NCBI GenBank assembly: GCA_002496355.1
Contig: DAJP01000092.1
Coordinates: forward strand, 1 to 44,200
Length of the DNA stretch: 44,200 nucleotides
DNA from: Euryarchaeota archaeon UBA346
GTDB lineage: Archaea > Thermoplasmatota > E2 > DHVEG-1
Direction: 5' to 3'
Shown here: positions 17,864-25,617 of the stretch, in pieces
Numbering within the stretch: position 1 is the stretch's first letter
How the letters are laid out: the number at the start of each line of letters is the position of its first letter
Notes under the pieces: model-generated
What the model was told of the DNA's origin: nothing
Databases searched by the model: none
The model's input: only the letters and a program-made list of their open reading frames with translations
Program-made: the position numbers and the translations under genes

Positions 17864-19120
17864 CTACGAGAAAAAAACGCGTTGTATTTTTTTGGCGATC
17901 TTCTTCCGATATTTCTCATCGCTGATGATCATAAAGACCCAATCAGGGGCGATCCGGGAACGGATCGCTTTCGCAATCGGAGTGAATTCATCCAGGCTTT
18001 TCACATGGTCTCGGTCGATGACCCGGATGTCGGTGTTATTGATACGAGGCTCAGCTCGTAACAACTCCGGTCGAGGGATATCGATGATGACATGACCCGC
18101 CGGGATGTCAAACGCATCCTCCAATTCCCGCTCCTTTTGCCTCCGATACGACACATCTTCAAGTTGTTTCACAATCTTTAGCTGCTCTTTCTCTAAATCA
18201 AACAAGGAGACCGTATACGCTTGCTTATAGAGGTCACGGTATTTCAGCCGAGTAATGATCTCCTGTTGGAACTGACCCATTGTTTTCAGTGAGACCATGA
18301 TCTCTGCATCAGTCATCCGGAAAAACTCGAATGGTTCTGCGTCTGGTATCCCTTCCAGTGCTTTCGAAAGCATCAGTTCCGGGATGCGGACGGTCTTATG
18401 GAAATACACTGATGAATACATCAACGCCCGTGCCATCAGGATGTTCTCCACCACACTGACTCCCTTGCGCATCATAGCAAGATTCCCTTTATAGATCATC
18501 ATCGTCCGCAACAACCGTTGGAGATCAATCAATCCATATGCTACACCGGTGTAATACGAATCACGCATCAGATAATCCAGTTGATCAACATCAATCGTGC
18601 TATTCAAAAGCTGCCCAAGATATGGTTTTTTCGATGGTTTCCCTCGGATGATCCCACAGATCTCTTTCTTGCTCACCTCATGTTTCTCAAGGATTTCATG
18701 GACAGATGGTGAGGTGACGAACGCTCGCTCTTTTTCCTCAAAAATAGCATACTTCCCCAGGATAAGTTTCTCTGTAAGATCCACATGGTCAACACCAAAT
18801 CTCTGCAAGAGTATCGACTCAAGGGTATGCGAAAATGGACCATGACCGATGTCATGCAGTTGAGCAGCACAGGTCAGCAGTGTTCTTTCTTCTTCTTTCA
18901 ACCCAAGGATATCGGCGATTTGGGAAGCAATCATGGAACTGCCTAACGAATGCTCAAAGCGGGTGTGATGAGCACCAGGGAACACAAGATGAGCAAACCC
19001 AAGCTGTTTGATGTTATGAAGACGCTGTACCTCTGGAGTCTCAAGTAAATCAACCAAGCATCCTGTTATCTTTATATCTCCATGGATCGGGTCTCTGACG
19101 ATTTTATGCGTTTCAACCAT
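17864..19120 (-). CDS. HD-domain phosphohydrolase (COG1078, dNTP triphosphohydrolase-like)
   Basis: The 418 aa product has IRDPIHGDIKI, RLHNIKQLG, GAHHTRFEHSLG, LHDIGHGPFSH and DVDQLDYLMRDSYYTG, the typical SAMHD1/EF1143-like HD family pattern. Confidence 0.85.
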   Translation of the reverse strand: MVETHKIVRDPIHGDIKITGCLVDLLETPEVQRLHNIKQLGFAHLVFPGAHHTRFEHSLGSSMIASQIADILGLKEEERTLLTCAAQLHDIGHGPFSHTLESILLQRFGVDHVDLTEKLILGKYAIFEEKERAFVTSPSVHEILEKHEVSKKEICGIIRGKPSKKPYLGQLLNSTIDVDQLDYLMRDSYYTGVAYGLIDLQRLLRTMMIYKGNLAMMRKGVSVVENILMARALMYSSVYFHKTVRIPELMLSKALEGIPDAEPFEFFRMTDAEIMVSLKTMGQFQQEIITRLKYRDLYKQAYTVSLFDLEKEQLKIVKQLEDVSYRRQKERELEDAFDIPAGHVIIDIPRPELLRAEPRINNTDIRVIDRDHVKSLDEFTPIAKAIRSRIAPDWVFMIISDEKYRKKIAKKIQRVFFS

Positions 19121-19261
19121 AGGTCTTCCAGAGCGGAAACAGAAAAAGAGTTGAAATAGTTTTGTTACTCAGCATCATCTGCAGAGTAAACTTTAAAACA
19201 AAAACCATCATTAAGTTTTCTAATAAAACTGGAAATAAACAATTCCTTGTGAGGTGCTCAT

Positions 19262-19525
19262 ATGACAAAAACAATCCTATTCTCCCTAGAACATTGCATA
19301 AAATGCCAGCAGATAAAAGAACTGCTCGCTGGAAGAGACGACGTCGAGATCATCACATTCCCCCATGACCTGAATCAATGGCAGGAGGAGGATTTAACGA
19401 TGGCAAAAACCCATGACGTCTTTGAGGATCTTCAGAAAACAGCACCAGTTCTCTGGCTTGATGGAGAAAAGAAAATCGGGTATCTCAGAATACGTAAATG
19501 GCTCCAGGACGCACAAAAACAGTAA
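19262..19525 (+). CDS. Glutaredoxin-like small thioredoxin-fold protein (CxxC = CIKC)
   Basis: The 87 aa product begins TILFSLEHCIKCQQIKELL and continues to ...PVLWLDGEKKIGY, which is the Grx/NrdH-like layout. GAGGTG lies upstream of the ATG. Confidence 0.7.
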   Translation: MTKTILFSLEHCIKCQQIKELLAGRDDVEIITFPHDLNQWQEEDLTMAKTHDVFEDLQKTAPVLWLDGEKKIGYLRIRKWLQDAQKQ

Positions 19526-19586
19526 AACAATTTTTTTCCCTTATAAAACCAAATATTAATGAAGAGGACGATGGTACCTCAAAACA

Positions 19587-19997
19587 ATGGATACCCTTGA
19601 GAGGATAAAAAAGAAAAAACTTGAGGAGTTAAAGAAGAAGTATCTGAACGGAGGTAAAACCATGGAGAAAAAATGGCCAGACACCCCAATTCAACTGATG
19701 GATGCTGATATCGATGAAAACATCCGGAAATATCCAACGATTGTCATTGACTGTTGGGCACCCTGGTGTGGCCCCTGTCGAATGATCGGACCGATCATCG
19801 AAGAACTCGCAAAGGAAATGCAGGGAAAAATCACGTTTGGCAAGCTGAACGTTGACGAAAACCCTCAGACCTCGATGAAGTATAGCATCATGAGCATCCC
19901 AACCATGCTTGTGTTTAAAAATAGTCAACTTGTGGATCGCATCGTCGGTGCGATGCCAAAGGAGATGCTGCTGCAGAAATTAAAACAGTATTACTAA
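19587..19997 (+). CDS. trxA: Thioredoxin
   Basis: The product has [23 protein letters not shown] and ...[10 protein letters not shown]. This is the canonical WCGPC thioredoxin with an archaeal-style charged N-terminal extension. Confidence 0.92.
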   Translation: MDTLERIKKKKLEELKKKYLNGGKTMEKKWPDTPIQLMDADIDENIRKYPTIVIDCWAPWCGPCRMIGPIIEELAKEMQGKITFGKLNVDENPQTSMKYSIMSIPTMLVFKNSQLVDRIVGAMPKEMLLQKLKQYY

Positions 19998-20551
19998 TGT
20001 TTTATCTGGTGATGATACTTACGATAAAAAAACTCGGTTTTCTTTTCATAATCCTCCTGGTTACGTTTCTGCAGGTTCTTTCAGGTTGTACTACGGAAAA
20101 AAACAATACAGGGGATGATTTCTCATTTACGACGTTGGATAATGAGATAAAACGTCTCAGTGATTTTAATGGAAAAGTCGTGGTGCTTGATTGCATGGCA
20201 GTGAACTGTCAACCCTGCATGTATCAGATGTTCGATCTGAAGAAAATCTCAGAGAATTATTCAAGTGATGACGTTGTCATTCTCTCCATTGATGTCTGGG
20301 TGTCGAACGGAGAAAACGCGTCCGTGCTCCAAGAGTTGATTGATGCATTCAAAAACCAAGCGAACCTGACATTAGACTGGACGTTTGGCCTCGATGACCC
20401 TGAGGGAACCATTGAAAACCGATATGCCACCGAGGGAGTACCATCTCTTTACATCTATGATAAAAATGGAAATATTTATTACTCCCACGTGGGTTATGAA
20501 TCTTACGCAGATCTTGCAATCAAGATCGACGAAGCATTGAGTAGAAATTAG
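19997..20551 (+). CDS. TlpA/ResA-like extracytoplasmic thiol-disulfide oxidoreductase, probable lipoprotein
   Basis: An N-terminal hydrophobic segment ends in the lipobox-like LSGC. The redoxin fold shows GKVVVLDCMAVNCQPCMYQM (CxxC) and ...GVPSLYIYDKNG. The start overlaps the trxA stop (TAATG). Confidence 0.8.
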   Translation: MFYLVMILTIKKLGFLFIILLVTFLQVLSGCTTEKNNTGDDFSFTTLDNEIKRLSDFNGKVVVLDCMAVNCQPCMYQMFDLKKISENYSSDDVVILSIDVWVSNGENASVLQELIDAFKNQANLTLDWTFGLDDPEGTIENRYATEGVPSLYIYDKNGNIYYSHVGYESYADLAIKIDEALSRN

Positions 20552-20567
20552 AGGGAGACAAAAAAAT

Positions 20568-21071
20568 ATGAAGAACCAACAAAAATTCATCCTAACAATA
20601 GTTGTCATAAGCATTCTTGGAGCAACCGCTGTATTAGCAGCAGGCACAGGGTTACCGATTGGAACCATTACAGTGTCACCATCAGCACCTGCCGCGTTAT
20701 CGACCATAACCATCTCAGTTCCAATTAGTGGTGAAGCACCCTCAGAAGTACGGGTGAAAGTCGAAGAATGTAATGGAAATACCGGTATCTGTTATCCTGA
20801 TATCCAAAATGTTTCGATGCCTCTTGCCAGCTCGAGTATCTATCGAGCAGAGGTGACGCTGAAACACTCGGATGCCACCTATATCACAGTTACTGTTATC
20901 GCAAAAATTAATGGTGCCTGGCAGGAGTCTTCACAGAAGAAGGTCAACCTGTCAGTGACCCCTGATGGAAACAATGGTGACGATAACGGCTCACCCGGAT
21001 TTGAACTCGTTGTCATGGTAATAGCAATCGGAGTGAGTCTAATCCTCATCAGTCGAAAGAGAATGAAATGA
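20568..21071 (+). CDS. Secreted Ig-like protein with PGF-CTERM archaeosortase sorting signal
   Basis: The product has a signal peptide, then a beta-rich domain with a CNGNTGIC cysteine pair. This is followed by an Asp/Gly/Asn linker and GSPGFELVVMVIAIGVSLILISRKRMK (PGF, then TM, then a basic tail). Confidence 0.75.
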   Translation: MKNQQKFILTIVVISILGATAVLAAGTGLPIGTITVSPSAPAALSTITISVPISGEAPSEVRVKVEECNGNTGICYPDIQNVSMPLASSSIYRAEVTLKHSDATYITVTVIAKINGAWQESSQKKVNLSVTPDGNNGDDNGSPGFELVVMVIAIGVSLILISRKRMK

Positions 21072-21892
21072 AGTTACAAATAAAACGATTACTCTCTCAG
21101 ATCATTCTTTTCTTTTCTGCTAACCTGGGGTACCCTGGGTATCCCGGGTTAAAAACCGGTTTTTGTTATCCGTTCTTCTATTGCCAGGCCTGTCCAGCGG
21201 CAACCTCAGCCTGTCCATTACGATCATTGGAACAAAGTGTGGATAAAGGCAGTTTTGCTTGGAGGTTGTTTTTATTTCCGCTTCTTATCATAGGGTTCCT
21301 TGGTATCTTAACAGGTCGTGCAGTATGCTCTTGGGCCTGCCCCATTGGACTGCTCCAGCGAGGAACAGGACGGATCGCACGGAAAGTGAAGAAAACTCAT
21401 CTTGCAAAAAAACTTGGCACCCACAAGGCGGAGAAGTATTTCCGCTACACGAAATATGTCATTCTCATCAGCCTGGTGTTTGTCACTTCCTATCTCATCG
21501 GGTTTATCTTTACTGATATTTGTCCTGTTGGGTTTCTGACAGGTACAATCCCGGTGTTACTCCTCAATCCCGGGAAATTCGTTCCTAACTTTTTCTTCCC
21601 GATCGCCTTAGTGATTTTTGTCTTGTTTATCATACTCATCTTCATTATAGAGCGAGGATGGTGTCGGTATTTCTGCCCAGTTGGTGCATTGCTAGGGCCA
21701 TTCAATAAGATAAGTTTTTATCACATCGCTGTTGAAAAAACAGAGTGTTTGCACTGTAACGTCTGCTCGTATGAATGTCCGATGGGGATCGATGTTCCAA
21801 ACATGCATCGGGACCCAGAGTGTATCTTATGTGGAAAATGCGTGACCGCCTGTCCACATGAACTCATCACGTTTGAGAGGAAAGGACAATGA
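21068..21892 (+). CDS. Membrane-integral polyferredoxin (NapH/CcoG-like, COG0348)
   Basis: The 274 aa product has about 4-5 TM helices and CX3CP motifs (CSWACPIG, CRYFCPVG, and also YCQACP). Two C-terminal 4Fe-4S motifs are present (CLHCNVCSYECP and CILCGKCVTACP). ATGA overlaps occur at both ends (21068-21071 and 21889-21892). Confidence 0.85.
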   Translation: MKLQIKRLLSQIILFFSANLGYPGYPGLKTGFCYPFFYCQACPAATSACPLRSLEQSVDKGSFAWRLFLFPLLIIGFLGILTGRAVCSWACPIGLLQRGTGRIARKVKKTHLAKKLGTHKAEKYFRYTKYVILISLVFVTSYLIGFIFTDICPVGFLTGTIPVLLLNPGKFVPNFFFPIALVIFVLFIILIFIIERGWCRYFCPVGALLGPFNKISFYHIAVEKTECLHCNVCSYECPMGIDVPNMHRDPECILCGKCVTACPHELITFERKGQ

Positions 21893-22530
21893 AGAAATTC
21901 TTAGCGTTACAGATCTGTGCACTGCTCCTGGTTTCTGGTGCCCTGGGTGGTATGTTTGCATTTACTTCGGTCTATAATGAGGTACGATCCGGAATCGTGC
22001 TCGTGCTGTGTCTGAGTTGTTTGAAGCTTGAACCGAAAACAAACGCAGAATTCACCTTCAATACCGCGGATGACCGCCCGCATGCAGATTTTGTACTGGA
22101 GAATCTCTCCCAGGGACCCGTGTTTCTGCATTATAGTGGCGATGCCTGTGCTGGCTGTGATGTGATGTACCCGGTCATTAAGGAACTTTTTTCAGTTGAA
22201 TTTGGGAAACAGGACATGTTTTCAACCATCGTTACCTTTGAGAACACGTCGGTCGCGTATATTTATGTGAACATCCATCATACGATTGATGAGTTGAGGG
22301 ATGCCCAAGTCATCTATGATAAGGATCACATTGGAGGTATCCCGATGTTCACTGTGGTGACGTTAGGGTATGACAACGGGGATGTGAAACCGAAATACAC
22401 CACGTTGTATGGGACGCTAGCGACGTATGGTTGCGACACCGATGCACAGCGACTCGTGTTCCTGCAGCAACTCATGGATCAGAGCATCGAGATGTATGAA
22501 CAAAATAAGCCAGGATATCAACATCAATAA
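21889..22530 (+). CDS. Membrane-anchored thioredoxin-like protein with two CxxC motifs
   Basis: An N-terminal TM helix is followed by juxtamembrane CLSC, then a Trx-like segment PVFLHYSGDACAGCDVMYPVIKELF...GGIPMFTVVT. The gene is translationally coupled to the polyferredoxin. Confidence 0.65.
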   Translation: MKKFLALQICALLLVSGALGGMFAFTSVYNEVRSGIVLVLCLSCLKLEPKTNAEFTFNTADDRPHADFVLENLSQGPVFLHYSGDACAGCDVMYPVIKELFSVEFGKQDMFSTIVTFENTSVAYIYVNIHHTIDELRDAQVIYDKDHIGGIPMFTVVTLGYDNGDVKPKYTTLYGTLATYGCDTDAQRLVFLQQLMDQSIEMYEQNKPGYQHQ

Positions 22531-22534
22531 AAAG

Positions 22535-22552
22535 AAAAAAAAGGAAAAAAAA
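22535..22552 (-). terminator. Two T8 runs (on the - strand) downstream of the small Cys-rich ORF
   Basis: The + strand reads AAAAAAAAGGAAAAAAAA, starting 21 nt beyond the stop at 22573. On the - strand this gives TTTTTTTTCCTTTTTTTT. Confidence 0.45.
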
Positions 22553-22572
22553 GCGAAAAGGAACGATGTGTT

Positions 22573-22737
22573 TTAGATCTCACCGGCAATTATTTTTTGT
22601 CTGAGGATCTCGAATTGTGCGCGGGTTAACGTACACACGTTTGTTTTTTCGCCAATAATCACCTTATCACTCCGGACATCCACGACAGGACATTTCGGAG
22701 GGACACAAACTCCATCATTGCACAATACAACTTTCAT
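22573..22737 (-). CDS. Small Cys-rich protein (54 aa), function unknown
   Basis: This ORF is below the ORF-track size cut-off and I found it by reading the reverse strand. It reads MKVVLCNDGVCVPPKCPVVDVRSDKVIIGEKTNVCTLTRAQFEILRQKIIAGEI. It has its own AGAGGGA Shine-Dalgarno site 4-5 nt upstream, a TATTTAAA box about 50 nt upstream, and T-runs downstream. Confidence 0.55.
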   Translation of the reverse strand: MKVVLCNDGVCVPPKCPVVDVRSDKVIIGEKTNVCTLTRAQFEILRQKIIAGEI

Positions 22738-22785
22738 ATTATCCCTCTGATTATCAATTGTTAAGTTTCTATTAGTCTCTGAACC

Positions 22786-22795
22786 TTTAAATACC
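22786..22795 (-). promoter_or_regulatory. TATA-box-like element (TATTTAAA) for the small Cys-rich ORF
   Basis: The - strand reads GGTATTTAAAGG about 50-58 nt upstream of the ATG at 22737. This is consistent with an archaeal TATA box at about -26 and a short Shine-Dalgarno-bearing leader. Confidence 0.35.
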
Positions 22796-22826
22796 TTTCG
22801 ACAGAAGACCGAAAGAAAAGACTCCT

Positions 22827-24212
22827 TTAGACATAACGGGATATCACATAGTTTTTTTTATCGATAAGAGAGACAATCCGGGGTCCCTGAGAGGTATCTA
22901 CCGATGCAGTTTCCTTGATGGTGACTGTCACATCTGAGCCCATCTTATCCTGGAATCCCTTCCGTAGGAACTCGAAAATCTCTTCCACAGACGGACCAGT
23001 GGTGCGAAGTGTTTCATCGATCACCACCTGGATTTCGAGTGAGCTGATATCATGTTGAATGATCTTCGTGTTCCTCACCTTGTTCGTTCGTAGTTCGTAA
23101 AGGAGTTTACTGTAGATCTCTGAAAACGCGGAGGGGAGCAGTACGGTCCCATCGGATCGATACAACGCAAGGTCGTTTCGCCCATATATTTTTTTGATCA
23201 GAGATCCAGCTTTCCCGCAGGAACAAGTGCCCTGTAACGGGGCCACGATGTCGTTGATAGCGTTATACCGAAGAATCGGTGTTCCTCGCCCATGGAATTT
23301 CGTGATAATCATTTCACCTGCATCGCCGGATTCTACCGGATGACCGTTTCGTAGGAACTCCGGATAGACAAGGTCCGACATCAGATGGTAGCTTCCTTGT
23401 TTACATTGATAGCCGATCAACCCGGATTCTGTTGCTCCATAGACCTCGAAGACCTTTGTTTGAAATGTTTTTTCCATATAGGATTTCAGGTAAGAATCCA
23501 GCACTGAACCGGTGGCAGCGACGTACTGAGGTGAGATATTTTCTCCTAAGCCAGTTTCTTTCAACAGCGCGAGATGCCCAAGCATCCCAACGTATCCTCC
23601 GATGAACTCTGGTTGGAACTCATTAATGGCCACGATGACTTTTTTTGGGTCATCGTTCGTGTTCAACCATTGGATGTTCTTGAACATCTTTGTGAGATTG
23701 AACCGGGGCTGTAGTCCTCTCGTGACATATCCGCTTTCCGCGGTATGAGGCGCAAAATCACCAATAATCGTTATCCTGTTTTTCCAGATGCTCATGTCGT
23801 ACTCATGGATAGTTCGCATATAGGCGAACAAACCCATGACGATATCGAGTAAATCGACATAGAGCGGGAGCACTTTACCAGTCGTTCCTGACGTGGAGAC
23901 TTCAATGAGGGATTCTTTATTTACTTGTGAGGAGACAATCCCACCCGGGTAATGTCGTTTCAGATCTTCTTTTGTCACAAACGGGAGTTTATGAAGATCA
24001 CCAATACCCTTGATATCAGATGGTTGAATCCCTGCCATCTTGAACGTCTCACGATACAGCGGGACGGTACCAGCAAATCGGACAACTCGTCGCAATTGTT
24101 GGTCTTGATAGCGATGCAGCGCATCCTCGCTGATTCGGTCCAACCGGTCGACATCCACAAAATACCGTTTGAGTATCTTACCAAGGAACACTGGGTTATA
24201 GAACGGATTCAT
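22827..24212 (-). CDS. Adenylate-forming enzyme, phenylacetate-CoA ligase / coenzyme F390 synthetase-like (COG1541)
   Basis: The sequence MNPFYNPVFL...LPFVTKEDLKRHYPGG...EVSTSGTTGK (AMP-binding P-loop)...EVYGATESG...GTPILRYNAINDIV...CSCGK is the typical PaaK-like layout. I prefer the ATG at 24212, which has GGGAG 4 nt upstream. The ORF-track start at 24410 would overlap the divergent radical SAM gene. Confidence 0.85.
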   Translation of the reverse strand: MNPFYNPVFLGKILKRYFVDVDRLDRISEDALHRYQDQQLRRVVRFAGTVPLYRETFKMAGIQPSDIKGIGDLHKLPFVTKEDLKRHYPGGIVSSQVNKESLIEVSTSGTTGKVLPLYVDLLDIVMGLFAYMRTIHEYDMSIWKNRITIIGDFAPHTAESGYVTRGLQPRFNLTKMFKNIQWLNTNDDPKKVIVAINEFQPEFIGGYVGMLGHLALLKETGLGENISPQYVAATGSVLDSYLKSYMEKTFQTKVFEVYGATESGLIGYQCKQGSYHLMSDLVYPEFLRNGHPVESGDAGEMIITKFHGRGTPILRYNAINDIVAPLQGTCSCGKAGSLIKKIYGRNDLALYRSDGTVLLPSAFSEIYSKLLYELRTNKVRNTKIIQHDISSLEIQVVIDETLRTTGPSVEEIFEFLRKGFQDKMGSDVTVTIKETASVDTSQGPRIVSLIDKKNYVISRYV

Positions 24213-24285
24213 ACAGCTCCCAAAGTGGACACGAGAAAGGTACAATTCCTTAAATAGCTGTCTCTTCATTCTCCACAGACGAGCA

Positions 24286-25602
24286 ATGAACATACTCATC
24301 GTTGAGACCGTTTGGATGGGAGGCGCACGGTATAAATTCCTTGAGAAAACATTGCTCATGACATTCTCCATCCTTCCCACCTTGCAAGCTCGTGAGCTTG
24401 CCGCAATCACCCCAAAAAAGCATCAGGTAACCATCATAAACGAACGATACGCGCACATCGATTTTACCACAGTCTATGACGTCGTCCTAATCAACTATGT
24501 CAGTCCGACAGCACCCCGCGCCTATACCATCGCAGATACCTTCCGGAACAAAGGCATCCGGGTCGTGCTCTGCGGGTTCCATGCATCAGGGCTCCCTGAG
24601 GAGGCAAAACAACATGCAGATAGTGTCCTCATCGGGAGAAACGAAGCAGGATGGCTATTGATTCTTCAGGATATCGAGCAAAAAAAACTCCAACCATTCT
24701 ATCATGCACCAATTTACAGCCCGCACCAGAACCTACCACCAACCAATGTTCAGCTCCCCGGATTCATCATGACAGGCGCACTGGAAGCGACACGAGGGTG
24801 TCCCTTCCGCTGTGAATTCTGCCCAGAGACAAACATCTCGGGAGGAAACACATACTACAAAAGACCGATACCGGAGGTCATAGAAGAAATAAAGAAAATC
24901 CCACAAAAAACACTCATGTTCTATGATACGACTTTGACTATCGACCCATCGTACACAAAAGAATTATTCAAATCCATGAAAGGACTCCATAAAAGATTCT
25001 TCTGCAATGGGAATGCGGATGTGCTAGCCAAGGATAAAGACCTTGTCCGGCTCTCCAGAGAAGCAGGATGTATCGCCTGGCTCATCGGGTTTGAATCCTT
25101 CAGTCAAGATACTCTTGATTCAGTAGGAAAAAAAACAAACAAAGTCTCTGAATATGCACAAGCGATCAAAAACATCCATGAGAACCACATGGTAGTCATC
25201 GGGGACTTCATGTTCGGGTTTGATGCTGACACCCCAGCGGTCTTTGACTCGACACTCAAATCGATCAATGAGCTCAGGATCGATGTCGCGGATTTCTCCA
25301 TTCTCACCCCATTCCCAGGAACACCGTTGTTTACCCGGCTTGAAACTGAGAAAAGGATTCTTACGAAAGAATGGGAAAAATATAACATGGGTCATGTGGT
25401 TTTTACACCAAAGCAGATGACGGCAGACGAGCTGCTGCAAGGTGTACGATGGATGTATGCTGCGTATTATCACCCGTTCCCTACGATAAAAAGAATTACC
25501 CAGAATCTCCCAAGAGGCCTCTACCCTTTCTTTGTAGTCCTCGCACGGAACCTGGTTGCCATGCTTAGCGCACGACGATTATATACGTTAAAAAAAAGCT
25601 GA
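24286..25602 (+). CDS. B12-binding-domain radical SAM protein (class B)
   Basis: The 438 aa product has an N-terminal Rossmann-like B12-binding region (MNILIVE...VVLCGFHASGLPEE). The radical SAM core follows with EATRGCPFRCEFCPE (CX3CX2C). Confidence 0.85.
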   Translation: MNILIVETVWMGGARYKFLEKTLLMTFSILPTLQARELAAITPKKHQVTIINERYAHIDFTTVYDVVLINYVSPTAPRAYTIADTFRNKGIRVVLCGFHASGLPEEAKQHADSVLIGRNEAGWLLILQDIEQKKLQPFYHAPIYSPHQNLPPTNVQLPGFIMTGALEATRGCPFRCEFCPETNISGGNTYYKRPIPEVIEEIKKIPQKTLMFYDTTLTIDPSYTKELFKSMKGLHKRFFCNGNADVLAKDKDLVRLSREAGCIAWLIGFESFSQDTLDSVGKKTNKVSEYAQAIKNIHENHMVVIGDFMFGFDADTPAVFDSTLKSINELRIDVADFSILTPFPGTPLFTRLETEKRILTKEWEKYNMGHVVFTPKQMTADELLQGVRWMYAAYYHPFPTIKRITQNLPRGLYPFFVVLARNLVAMLSARRLYTLKKS

Positions 25603-25617
25603 AGAATGAAACAAGGA

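Noticed and set aside
22573-25602. Calling the small Cys-rich ORF a RiPP precursor modified by the B12 radical SAM and the ligase.
   Set aside because: I did not adopt this as the primary call. The peptide has no obvious leader/core organisation or repeated core. It has its own promoter, lies downstream of the enzymes rather than upstream, and looks like a small folded domain. I kept it only as one hypothesis in the findings.
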